Source of the DNA: Fibrobacteria bacterium
GTDB taxonomy: Bacteria > Fibrobacterota > Fibrobacteria > UBA11236
NCBI GenBank assembly: GCA_043732185.1
Contig: JAYTHY010000074.1
Location: forward strand, 32,001-96,000
Direction: 5' to 3'
DNA length: 64,000 bases
Of the stretch, positions 37,258 to 46,620 are shown piece after piece. The notes under the pieces are model-generated. The model did not search any database. It saw nothing but the letters and a program-made list of their open reading frames with translations, and had not been told where the DNA came from. Every line of letters begins with the position of its first letter. Position 1 is the stretch's first letter. Both the position numbers and the translations under genes were made by a program.

Positions 37258-38010
37258 CTAAGCTCCGCACAGCATGTAACCGAGGAGCGGTTGGCATTTG
37301 TCCACGCAGGATGAATAGAAGCTTCCTTCTACTCGATCTCCGGACACGGTGGTCTTTCCCCAGAAGAACTCCGCAATACTAACCGGTTTCAAATTATTTC
37401 GAGCAGCATGGTTCAAGAGTTTGGGGGCGCAACAATCTCCGGTTCCCGTAGGCATTCCCTTGATGGGATGGAATGCGTCCGCTAAAGACCGTTTGGCATT
37501 TCTAAAATTGGGCACTTCATAGAGTGCCTGAAGCTTGCTCAAGATGACATGTGATACCGTTTTTCTTTCCGCCACGCGCAAGGCAAGGCTCCGCGAACCC
37601 TTTTCCAACGTTTTGATAATTTCGGTTAAGGGATGGATTTCGATATCGCCCTCCCTAATGCCCGCCGTCATTGCTTCCGCATCAAAAAGCGGTGCTACCC
37701 AACCGGAAACATTCCAAATGCCGTTATATTTGGAAGAAAACGCGCGGAGCACCACTTCTTTACCCATGGCGTCATCGCAAACCAAAACGCCCATCATTTT
37801 TCCACGCGAGGCACCGTATAAATATGCGGTCGACAGGCGCGGGTCCGCTTCCTCAATAGGAAGATCAAAATCCATGCGGCCATGGATGGCCAGTTGTTTC
37901 ATGAGCGTCGTGCAGTGGATGAGGGCCCGAGCCGAGGGCAATGCGTGGACGATATTGCAGTCCTTACAATAGCCGAAACAACCTTCTGGTTTTGAAACTG
38001 GCTTGGGCAT
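37258..38010 (-). CDS. Stand-alone protein resembling the N-terminal (cytidine deaminase) region of TrcP/long RluA-family RNA editing enzymes
   Basis: GKMMGVLVC...LRAFS, GWVAPLFD, ERK..S, PTGTGDCCAPKLL..A....LKPVSIAEFFWG, G.FYSSCVDKCQPLLGYMLCG; extra N-terminal CxxC...H. Confidence 0.65.
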   Translation of the reverse strand: MPKPVSKPEGCFGYCKDCNIVHALPSARALIHCTTLMKQLAIHGRMDFDLPIEEADPRLSTAYLYGASRGKMMGVLVCDDAMGKEVVLRAFSSKYNGIWNVSGWVAPLFDAEAMTAGIREGDIEIHPLTEIIKTLEKGSRSLALRVAERKTVSHVILSKLQALYEVPNFRNAKRSLADAFHPIKGMPTGTGDCCAPKLLNHAARNNLKPVSIAEFFWGKTTVSGDRVEGSFYSSCVDKCQPLLGYMLCGA

Positions 38011-38122
38011 CCTTGCAATTCTCTTTCTCGAAATCAATGGGATGGGACTTAATTCACGCAGAATAATTATACGCTAAATCCTACCAAATCAAACTTTTTT
38101 ACATAAATTGAGGTGAAATCCC

Positions 38123-38662
38123 GTGGCACAACCTTCCCTACTCTATCGATTCCACATCAATTTTTCCGACATCGATCTGGGTATTTACAAATCATTTGAT
38201 TTGCGATTGGCCATGCATCCTTCCGAATCGCATGCCTATTTACTGACGCGTCTCCTCGCCTTTGTTCTCAACGATCGGGAGTATTTGGAATTCGCGGCGG
38301 AAGGCTTGGGAGATCCGGATGCACCCGGTATTAATGCCACCACTCCAAATGGTGAAATTCTGTTATGGATCGAAATCGGAAATCCTAGCGCCAAAAAATT
38401 GCATAAAGCCGCCAAGGCAGCTAGACAGGTCAAGGTTTATACCTATAAGGATCCGGAGACATTGCTGAAGGAGATTCGGAATAATAAGGTCTATCATGCC
38501 GAGTCCATCGAGATATTTTCCATCGATCCCAAAGTCCTGGAAAGACTGGCAGGTCGCCTGGAAAGAAAAAATACCTGGGATATCCTCCTCAATGATGGCG
38601 GCCTAAATATCAGTATCGGGGATGCAACCGAGGCCACGGAGCTGGTCAAACACCAAGCCTAA
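38123..38662 (+). CDS. yaeQ: YaeQ family protein
   Basis: LAMHPSES, RLLAF, LWIEIG.P...LHKA.K, VYTY. Confidence 0.9.
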   Translation: MAQPSLLYRFHINFSDIDLGIYKSFDLRLAMHPSESHAYLLTRLLAFVLNDREYLEFAAEGLGDPDAPGINATTPNGEILLWIEIGNPSAKKLHKAAKAARQVKVYTYKDPETLLKEIRNNKVYHAESIEIFSIDPKVLERLAGRLERKNTWDILLNDGGLNISIGDATEATELVKHQA

Positions 38663-38681
38663 ACCGGGCAGCCCAAATGGG

Positions 38682-38782
38682 TGTAAAAATATCCGACAGA
38701 AATTGGGAATTTTTACATCAATCGTTTACTCCATGGATATTTTGAGCCATTTGACCCGCGATACATTGGCACAGTTCTTGAT
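38682..38782 (+). promoter_or_regulatory. PEP-CTERM-type enhancer (TGTAAA...TTTACA) plus sigma-54 promoter
   Basis: TGTAAAAATATCCGACA at 38682-38698, TTTTTACA at 38710-38717, TTGGCACAGTTCTTGAT at 38766-38782. Confidence 0.65.
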
Positions 38783-38817
38783 GTATTAGAAAGCTCACAC
38801 ATTCAGGAGAATTGATA

Positions 38818-39507
38818 ATGTTTACTTTGCGTTCCGTAGCTACCTCACTTGCAACCCTTACCCTGGTGGCTGCGGCCTCTTACGCCGACCCCGTTATCGG
38901 AACCAGCTCGGGCATTTTCCAAAACCCCACGGGTCCGGGCGGCATGGTGACCCATGGTACCGGCACCAACCACTTTGACTGGGGCACAGGCATCGGCACC
39001 GGCCCAAGCAGCTTGGACTTCTCCGGCACACCTTTCTCCACGGAAACGGGATCCATTTTTGCATTCGGCAACTTGGACTACTTCAATGGCACAATCGCAA
39101 GCACAAGCGGAGCGAATGGCGTTGATTTCTTGGTCACCTTGGCTCTCACCACTCCCGTTAATACGGAGTCTTTCGACTTTGCCTTCAATCTTCTCAATAC
39201 AGTAAACACCTCGGATCCTTTGGCTAGTGCTGATATCGTTGAGCTTAATGGAGCCTTCTCCACCAGCTCGTTCAACTACTTGGGAACCGATTACACCTTG
39301 GAATTCCTCGGATTCGGAACCATCGTAGGTTCCGGCTACACCACCGTGAACCAGTTCCACGTGCTTGAGAGCGGTTCCGCCAACGCCCAGCTTTTGGGTC
39401 GTATCACCGCTGCCCCTGCAACCGTACCAGAACCCGGCACCATTGCCTTGTTTGGAATCGGTCTCTTGGGAATGGGAATTCTGGCCGCTCGTCGTCGCCG
39501 CGCTTAA
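38818..39507 (+). CDS. PEP-CTERM surface protein (choice-of-anchor K-like domain)
   Basis: Signal peptide; 'FDWG...SSLDFSG', 'LDYFNGTI'; C-terminal VPEPGTIALFGIGLLGMGILAARRRRA. Confidence 0.92.
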   Translation: MFTLRSVATSLATLTLVAAASYADPVIGTSSGIFQNPTGPGGMVTHGTGTNHFDWGTGIGTGPSSLDFSGTPFSTETGSIFAFGNLDYFNGTIASTSGANGVDFLVTLALTTPVNTESFDFAFNLLNTVNTSDPLASADIVELNGAFSTSSFNYLGTDYTLEFLGFGTIVGSGYTTVNQFHVLESGSANAQLLGRITAAPATVPEPGTIALFGIGLLGMGILAARRRRA

Positions 39508-39530
39508 TTCAAAACTCCATAATCCTCATG

Positions 39531-39559
39531 AAAAGCACCGGGTAACCGGTGCTTTTTTT
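39531..39559 (+). terminator. Rho-independent terminator
   Basis: AAAAGCACCGG-GTAA-CCGGTGCTTTTTTT. Confidence 0.9.
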
Positions 39560-39661
39560 ATTTCAACCAGTTAGAGCCCTCTTATTAGATTTATGAATCA
39601 GAGGGGGATAATGATTAGCTTTTACCCCGATGTTTCCAATCCATTCTAACAGGAGGCTCCC

Positions 39662-40294
39662 ATGAAAATACTGAAAAACATTTTGTTCGGACTCATCGCA
39701 CTCATCGTCCTTGCATCCGCAATTGGTTTGATGGCGCTCCCCAGAATCACCAACGTGCAACGCTCCCTGGTCATGCAGGCTCCAGCCGAAGTCATCTTTG
39801 ATCAAGTAAACGACCTCAAAAAGAATGAAGCCTGGTCGCCGTGGAAGGACCCGACTATGGTGATTACCTATGGCTCTGTAACTGCGGGCAAAGGGGCCAG
39901 TTCCAGTTGGGTTTCGAAAAAAATGGGCACCGGCACCATGACGATTGCCGAAACGGTTCCTTCCACTGCCATAAACATAGACTTGAACTTTGGTGCCATG
40001 GGTACGGCTAAGGCCCTATGGACATTTACTGCGGAAGGTGACAACGTAAATGTAACAGAGACCATGACCAGCGATGCGGGCATGAATCCAGCCAAGCGTT
40101 GGATGAGTTTGTTGTCGGATAAGATGGTAGGGCCCGCTTTCGAAAAGGGTTTAGCCTCCTTGAAGCAGATTTCGGAATCTCGGGCAGCCGAAATCAAAGC
40201 CGAGCAAGCCACTGAGCAAGCAGCGCTGGTTCCAACTGATGAGACAGCCCCAGCCGCAGCAGCTGCAGCCGCACCTGCCGGTTCAGCGCACTAG
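39662..40294 (+). CDS. SRPBCC (START/polyketide cyclase) family protein with N-terminal TM and Ala-rich tail
   Basis: VQRSLVMQAPAEVIF..VNDL....AWSPW, G.GA...W, MVGP.FEKGL..LK. Confidence 0.85.
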   Translation: MKILKNILFGLIALIVLASAIGLMALPRITNVQRSLVMQAPAEVIFDQVNDLKKNEAWSPWKDPTMVITYGSVTAGKGASSSWVSKKMGTGTMTIAETVPSTAINIDLNFGAMGTAKALWTFTAEGDNVNVTETMTSDAGMNPAKRWMSLLSDKMVGPAFEKGLASLKQISESRAAEIKAEQATEQAALVPTDETAPAAAAAAAPAGSAH

Positions 40295-40481
40295 ACATCA
40301 AACCGGTATTTGGCGCGCCTTTCCCTATGGGGCAGGCACGCCTATATTGCCTTGTCGCGTTTGAGCAGCCAAGCCATGAAGAGGTGGAAGCTGATGACAA
40401 AAATCAGCAGGGGCGCATCGTTCATCCTCATCAAAAAGCCACGCATAAAGTGCAGGCTGTAAGTTGACTTCTATCAACCGG

Positions 40482-41921
40482 CTAAACCCGCAGCGCTTCC
40501 TGATCCAAGGTTTTCCAGTCCGATTGCTTAGCAAGCACCGGTTCCACTTCTTGCGTTAAAAACTCTTCGGTGATCTCCGCAGACCGTCCGGTGAATTGGG
40601 TCGGATCGAGCAAGGCCTTGATGGCTTGGGCATCCATGCCAAAGGCGGGATCGGCTGCAATACGCGTCATGAGGTCGTTGTCCAGTCCTTCCTGCTTCAC
40701 CTGTTTTGCCGCCGCTAGGGAATGCTTGCGAATCGACTCGTGTAAATCTTGCCGATTGCCTCCCGCTTTCACTCCAGCCATGAGAATATTCTCTGTCGCC
40801 ATAAAGGGCAGCTCGGCCAACACATGCCGGGCGATGATTTTGGGGTACACCACCAAACCTTGCGAAATATTTTCCGCTAGGATCAACATGGCATCAATGG
40901 CTAGAAAAGCCTGCGGGATAGAGAGGCGCTTATTGGCAGAATCATCCAATGTCCGTTCAAACCATTGCGTGGAAGCCGTGAAGGCCGTGCTGGAAACCTG
41001 GGCTTGCACAAATCTGGCCAGGGACCCGATGCGCTCGGCACGCATGGGATTGCGCTTGTAGGCCATGGCGGAGGAGCCGATTTGGTCGGCCTCAAAAGGC
41101 TCCTCGATTTCCTTGAGGCTTTGCAAGAGCCGCAGGTCGGTGGTGAACTTGGCCAAGGATTGGGAAATATTGGAAAGCACCGCCAGTACTTTGGAGTCGA
41201 GTTTGCGGGTGTAGGTTTGGCCCGAAACTCCCAAACTCCGTGCGAAACCGGCCTTGCGCGTGACGCTTTCATCCAAGGCTTTGACCTTGGCATGATCGCC
41301 GTCAAAGAGTTCCAGGAAGCTGGCTTGCGTGCCGGTAGTGCCTTTTACACCTAGGAAAGGCAATCCGTCTGAAACGAAATTAAGCTCTTCCAAATCCAGC
41401 AGCAGGTCCTGAATCCACAGACAAGCCCGTTTGCCAACAGTCGTCAATTGAGCGGGCTGAAAATGGGTGAAGCCCAAGGTAGGCATGGTTTTGTACTGCC
41501 GGGCAAAATCGGAAAGAGCGGCGATGACGCGCAGAATGCGGCGGCGCGTCAAGTCCAGGGCGGCGCGCGCCTGGATGAGATCGGTATTGTCGGTGACATA
41601 GGCGGAGGTGGCTCCTAAATGGATGATACCGGCGGCTTGCGGGCATTGAAGCCCGTAGGCGTGGACATGGGCCATGACATCGTGACGGACAATTTTTTCC
41701 CGTTTTTCCGCTTCCGCGAAATTGATGGTCTTTTCCGCAAGGCGCAGCTCTGCGATTTGGGCGGACGTGATGCCTAGTCCCAACTCCTTTTCAGCTTCGG
41801 CGAGCAGGATCCAAAGATGTCGCCAGGTTTGGAATTTGAACTGGGGGGAAAATAAAAATCCCATTTTGGCCGAGGCATAGCGCTTGATAAGCGGGTTTTC
41901 ATAGGTTTGATACTCTTGCAT
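40482..41921 (-). CDS. purB: Adenylosuccinate lyase
   Basis: [60 protein letters not shown]. Confidence 0.96.
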   Translation of the reverse strand: MQEYQTYENPLIKRYASAKMGFLFSPQFKFQTWRHLWILLAEAEKELGLGITSAQIAELRLAEKTINFAEAEKREKIVRHDVMAHVHAYGLQCPQAAGIIHLGATSAYVTDNTDLIQARAALDLTRRRILRVIAALSDFARQYKTMPTLGFTHFQPAQLTTVGKRACLWIQDLLLDLEELNFVSDGLPFLGVKGTTGTQASFLELFDGDHAKVKALDESVTRKAGFARSLGVSGQTYTRKLDSKVLAVLSNISQSLAKFTTDLRLLQSLKEIEEPFEADQIGSSAMAYKRNPMRAERIGSLARFVQAQVSSTAFTASTQWFERTLDDSANKRLSIPQAFLAIDAMLILAENISQGLVVYPKIIARHVLAELPFMATENILMAGVKAGGNRQDLHESIRKHSLAAAKQVKQEGLDNDLMTRIAADPAFGMDAQAIKALLDPTQFTGRSAEITEEFLTQEVEPVLAKQSDWKTLDQEALRV

Positions 41922-42025
41922 GTCTAATCGTCCATTCTGTCTTTTGTCCCCAAAATAGCTCATGATCCCATAAGCGGAAAGTCACTGGAGGCGATCGGGA
42001 ACGGGATGTTATTACTTTTTGAAAC

Positions 42026-42949
42026 ATGGACAGGTTTTCCCTCCGAATCCTCGGTTATTGCCTCCTTGCCTTGACCCTTTTCCGAGGTAATGCCAACGCT
42101 ACCCCACTCGGTTGTCAGGCCCCGCCCCCAAAGGCTCAACCTCTGCTTCCCGGTATCCATGTCTCTGCATGCACCGCGCTTGATTCCACAGCCTATCCGC
42201 CTACTTCCGGCAGGCATTTTGGAGCCTGGGCTGATTTCAAGATATACACACAGCCGGTGACGCCCGGCTATTGGCTGCATAGCGCCGAACACGGGGCCGT
42301 AGTTATACTCTACAATTGTCCTCAAGGCTGTCCCCAAGCTATCGAGGCGATTACGACCCTTATCCATTCGCTTCCGCAAGATCCCCTTTGCCTGTCGACT
42401 TCCTCTAACAAAACGGAACGCCGGGTAATTTTGGCGCCGGATAGACGGATGGATTCCACCTTTGCCATGGTCGCCTGGGGCTGGTCTTTGACTACGAACT
42501 GTTTGGATACCGCCGCCATGCGCGCCTTTTACACCGACCATTTTGGCAAAGCCACCGAAAACCTATGCTATAGCGGTGTCGACTCTTCCAGCTCACATTG
42601 GTGCAATGAACCAACGGTCGGCATTAAATCCAAGGCTCGCGGTTTGCACATGGACAGAGGCATGCACTTGGACAGGGGCGTGCTGCCTTCGGGTATTCTC
42701 TGGGAAGGATCGTTGTCCGAACGGGTGCAGCTCTCTCTGGAGATTTCTACGGCAACGGGCACGCGGCTCAAAACTGTTCCGCTTGGTCTGGCCGGACCAG
42801 GTCCAGCACAAGCTGTTTGGAAAAATTCCTTTTGTCAAAATGCCAGTACGAGCTGTGCCACAGGCGTCCTATGCAGAGTTGTATCCACTGGTTCTGGGTC
42901 TGGTTCCCATGTACTGGTTGAAAAATTCATTTTACCTTTTCGGCCCTGA
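42026..42949 (+). CDS. Secreted DUF3105-domain protein with putative C-terminal sorting tail
   Basis: YPPTSGRH...W, LHSAEHGAVVILYNCP, AMVAWGW. Confidence 0.75.
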   Translation: MDRFSLRILGYCLLALTLFRGNANATPLGCQAPPPKAQPLLPGIHVSACTALDSTAYPPTSGRHFGAWADFKIYTQPVTPGYWLHSAEHGAVVILYNCPQGCPQAIEAITTLIHSLPQDPLCLSTSSNKTERRVILAPDRRMDSTFAMVAWGWSLTTNCLDTAAMRAFYTDHFGKATENLCYSGVDSSSSHWCNEPTVGIKSKARGLHMDRGMHLDRGVLPSGILWEGSLSERVQLSLEISTATGTRLKTVPLGLAGPGPAQAVWKNSFCQNASTSCATGVLCRVVSTGSGSGSHVLVEKFILPFRP

Positions 42950-43038
42950 TCGCAATTAATTCGGTGTTTTAAAAGCTCGCAGCTAGGGCGTGCCACCGCC
43001 ATGTTTCAGGATGTATACTGTCTGCTTACGGAGGAATC

Positions 43039-46000
43039 ATGATCGCATCGCAAACGCGCAACCGCCTTGGGTTTGAAGGAGGCGCTTCGCTAGCGCCCAA
43101 TCCGGAGGAAATCGTTCCCGTCATTCATCTTAAAATGATGGCCACGGGTCTCGAACCCCCCACACACGGAGGCAAAGCGGAATTCACAGCGCTTACCGCC
43201 GATCTTATCCGCAAAATTCAGGCAAAGTTCCGCAGCTACCCACAGCCATTATGCCCGTTGGACAAACGCATTCAGGAATTCCTCGACCAGAATTTCCAAG
43301 ACGTAGGACTTCCCGGAAAATTGGAACTTCCTTTGCAAACCTTGCATCTGGATTTCCATGGTTTGGCCCGCGCCTTGTCCTTACCCGCCCAAGGCGATCG
43401 CTTTGATTCCGAATACGTAAAATCCTACCGGACCAGCCAAGGCGTGCTGCACAATCCCGCTACCGACCGACGTACCACCAAAGGTACCTTTCATGTCGGT
43501 GAAGGAGGACTGCCTATCTCCGCTGACAAACTAGCCGTGCCCAAACAAACTTTTGCGCGTTTGTTATGGCATGCGCTCCGTCCCACGGCCAACCTTATGG
43601 AACTTCCGTATACGCATGGTTCCAAAAAGCCGGCCCATGTATTCACTTCTCTTTTCATCCGACCCCTGGTCAGCCCGGAAGTGCCCGGCTTGCGGTCTTA
43701 CAAAGACATGGAAATCCGTCTCTTTGCCCCGGCCAGTTTGGTTTCAAACCTGGACTTTGTGGAATCCATTTTCGGCAATGCTGGGGATCCGTACCTGCCG
43801 GAAAATGATGCTGGACTGGACCCGGAGCATTTTTCCGGGATGACGGGATGCATCATATTGGCGCCACAGCTGAAGGGACTCCGCAAGAAGGAGCTGGGCC
43901 TGCCGCATATTTCTGAAGCCACGGCCGCCCACAAGCGCGACGGCATGTGCTGGACCGATCCGGATGAGCTCTATAACGGCGGCAAAGCTTTCAAAGCCAC
44001 CTTCCGCACCGCCGAAGGCGTGATCCTCACCTTGATCACGGACAACTATTTTGGGTATTGCAAAAAAGAAGTCAAGACCATGATGAGCTTTGCCTGCAAC
44101 CTCATGGGCGGGAGTGAAGAAGAACACGCCGGCGGCGCCCTTATTTTTCCGAGCTACACTCTGGGGGATTTTACCCAGCACAATGCCTCTTATATTCGGC
44201 AGCGCGGTCATTCCTTCAAGCAAGTCCGGCGCTTATTGGGTGACAGTATTTCCGTACATGCCGACGGTTACGCGCGCGACAAACTTTTTCCACGCGTCGT
44301 GTATTTACCTGAAGATGCAGAAATTTTCCTATTAGATCAGCGCATCATTTGGAAAAAGGATGGCAAAGCGCGTTCCTTGCGGTTGCTGCCCGACCACCAT
44401 TATGTTTATCCCAGCGGCTATAAGGTGCACATGGAGAAGCATCCCGACGCGCCAACGTGGCGTCTGATTGGAACGGTGGCTGAGGGTGTGCTCTGTCATA
44501 AACCCTGTACCGTTTCCGGTGGTGGAAAAAGTGAAATTTCCAAATCCATCTCCGACTCCATTCTCTATCGCACTTTCTATATCCACGATTTCAACAAGGA
44601 TTTCGACGCGGCGGAAAAGGTCCTGCATCATGATTTTACCAAACGATTTCAAAAAGCACCCAAGAGCAAAGCCAAAGCCACCAGAGAAATCTTGAATGCA
44701 AGCCGCTCTTTGGGATCCGTAGTCCGCTTGTTGACGCCTTCTCCAGAATACACGGCGGAATACAACCGCTGGCTTAAGAATATGCCTCCCTTAGTGCGAT
44801 CTCTCGTCTTCACTATCAAGCGTTTTTACCGGCCCGAATGGGGCGATGAAATCCGCTCCCATTTCAGTGTCGATATCGTCGACGGCAGACCGGGCCATGA
44901 ATTGAGCTACAACCATAAAAAACTGGTGTCCAGTTATCTCAAAGTCGGTATTGACGAAAACCGCAGTTGGCGGGTATTCCGCCTGCGCACCGATTTTGTT
45001 CCAGCCCAGAAACTCCAGGTTGAAGACGATATTACCGTATCAACGGTGTTACCTGTAGAAGACGGCTTGCCCGGCGAAGTTGAAATCGCTGCGGGCGAGG
45101 CTCCCTTGGCAGGAAAATCCCGAACCAGTGGCGCCTACTCCCGAAAATTTGTGCAAAACTGCGAATACCGTCTTTTTCAAAGACCGGATGATGCCGTGCA
45201 CCCAGGCCTCGATCGACAGGCAGAGAAAGATTTGTCCGCACCCCATAACTTCATGTCCAATTACGAACCCTTGACCAATGCGGATGTGCGCGAAATCCTG
45301 GAAGACGCCATTGTCCTCTCCCGGTTTACTCCACCGATGCGGCATGCCATTGAAAAAGCCGCGGACCAATCGTCCAGTTACTTTGTCTGTTCGGCACGAC
45401 CCCGCATGATCGATGGAAAACCCAGCGCTAATGTCCGTTACCTGCAAAACCGACCGGACTTGGTAAATCCCTTTGCCATGCATTTAGCCGACGTGGGCAT
45501 TAGGCTTAGGCGTAAGCTCACCGCCACCGAACCCGTTCTTAATCCAGTGAATGCTGTGCTGATTGGCAGACGCAATAATCCACCAGAACCGGAAGCCGGT
45601 ATCCGGCCTTTAGCGGTCTACAACCCGCTGCATTTTCAAGAATTGCCCGAGGCATTTATGGATTTCATTTCCAGCCCTACTGGCAAATCCCCTTCCACCA
45701 CCGGAGCGGGATCGGAAGGCGCACTGACCAAAGGTCCCTTCAATGCCCTTTGGCCTACGGCGGATCTCAATGCCGCCTTGGTTTCATTCATCTTGACGGG
45801 ACTTCAAGTATTCTCAACACCGGCCGGACATATCGGCGGAAACTACCGGGTGGATCATGATATGAGCTTGCTCATCCCGGAACTCTGGAGCCGCATGACG
45901 GCTGAAGAGCGGGATGCAGGAAAACTCATCAGCAATGGTTACCTATCCCGAATGAGCGATTTCCAATTCAAAGGCCGCCTCATTCCCGCTGGTAGACTTG

Positions 46001-46542
46001 GCTTTCGTATCAACGCCAGATTTGTGCATGCCTTCTTGGGCCGAATATTCTCGGATCCGTTGGCGGTCTTTCCGGAAGATATGTTGGAACCGGAAAAACA
46101 AAGCCAGGCCCACTTTGCGGACGGAGTGGAAAATATCGTCGCCACCCAACAGGCTTCGGCCCAATTTTATTTCGAAGACGGCAGTATCGAAGCCGCCTGC
46201 CCGCCGTTGCAGGCGCTACTGCACATCATGACTAAAGGTTCCTGGGAAGGCAAAACGCTCCGCAGTCCGGAGCTTCGAAAAATGTTCACCCGCGAAGAAA
46301 TGCTCAAGTCCGATTGGTACCACCAGCGACTGATTCGGCAAATGGAAAAGGATAAATCGCTATGGGAAAAACATAGGGCTTATCTCAAGGATTTCATCGG
46401 TAAGGATTCCAATCGAAAATCTGTCAGTCAATTGGGTCTTGCGCGGCGCCTTGCCTTGGTGGAAAAAAATATCCGTACAGTTAAGCAGTCGACCTATCTC
46501 AAATCTTTATCGGGAAGTTTGGGAGTGGATCCCATTCTCTAG
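43039..46542 (+). CDS. Pyrophosphate-dependent phosphoenolpyruvate carboxykinase (PEP carboxytransphosphorylase)
   Basis: 1167 aa; GVLHNP..DRRTTKG.FH, DNYFGYCKKEVKT, EEEHAGGA, CHKPCTVSGGGKSEISKS, NCEYRLFQRPDDA, TGKSPSTTGAGSEGALTKGPFN. Confidence 0.88.
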   Translation: MIASQTRNRLGFEGGASLAPNPEEIVPVIHLKMMATGLEPPTHGGKAEFTALTADLIRKIQAKFRSYPQPLCPLDKRIQEFLDQNFQDVGLPGKLELPLQTLHLDFHGLARALSLPAQGDRFDSEYVKSYRTSQGVLHNPATDRRTTKGTFHVGEGGLPISADKLAVPKQTFARLLWHALRPTANLMELPYTHGSKKPAHVFTSLFIRPLVSPEVPGLRSYKDMEIRLFAPASLVSNLDFVESIFGNAGDPYLPENDAGLDPEHFSGMTGCIILAPQLKGLRKKELGLPHISEATAAHKRDGMCWTDPDELYNGGKAFKATFRTAEGVILTLITDNYFGYCKKEVKTMMSFACNLMGGSEEEHAGGALIFPSYTLGDFTQHNASYIRQRGHSFKQVRRLLGDSISVHADGYARDKLFPRVVYLPEDAEIFLLDQRIIWKKDGKARSLRLLPDHHYVYPSGYKVHMEKHPDAPTWRLIGTVAEGVLCHKPCTVSGGGKSEISKSISDSILYRTFYIHDFNKDFDAAEKVLHHDFTKRFQKAPKSKAKATREILNASRSLGSVVRLLTPSPEYTAEYNRWLKNMPPLVRSLVFTIKRFYRPEWGDEIRSHFSVDIVDGRPGHELSYNHKKLVSSYLKVGIDENRSWRVFRLRTDFVPAQKLQVEDDITVSTVLPVEDGLPGEVEIAAGEAPLAGKSRTSGAYSRKFVQNCEYRLFQRPDDAVHPGLDRQAEKDLSAPHNFMSNYEPLTNADVREILEDAIVLSRFTPPMRHAIEKAADQSSSYFVCSARPRMIDGKPSANVRYLQNRPDLVNPFAMHLADVGIRLRRKLTATEPVLNPVNAVLIGRRNNPPEPEAGIRPLAVYNPLHFQELPEAFMDFISSPTGKSPSTTGAGSEGALTKGPFNALWPTADLNAALVSFILTGLQVFSTPAGHIGGNYRVDHDMSLLIPELWSRMTAEERDAGKLISNGYLSRMSDFQFKGRLIPAGRLGFRINARFVHAFLGRIFSDPLAVFPEDMLEPEKQSQAHFADGVENIVATQQASAQFYFEDGSIEAACPPLQALLHIMTKGSWEGKTLRSPELRKMFTREEMLKSDWYHQRLIRQMEKDKSLWEKHRAYLKDFIGKDSNRKSVSQLGLARRLALVEKNIRTVKQSTYLKSLSGSLGVDPIL

Positions 46543-46568
46543 ACATTATTTATAGACAGTATTTAAAT

Positions 46569-46604
46569 AAGCCGGGCCGCATAATTTTCGGGCCCGGCTT
46601 TTTT
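46569..46604 (+). terminator. Rho-independent terminator between convergent genes
   Basis: AAGCCGGGCC-loop-GGCCCGGCTT-TTTT. Confidence 0.85.
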
Positions 46605-46620
46605 GCTTCAGGCTGATTTT

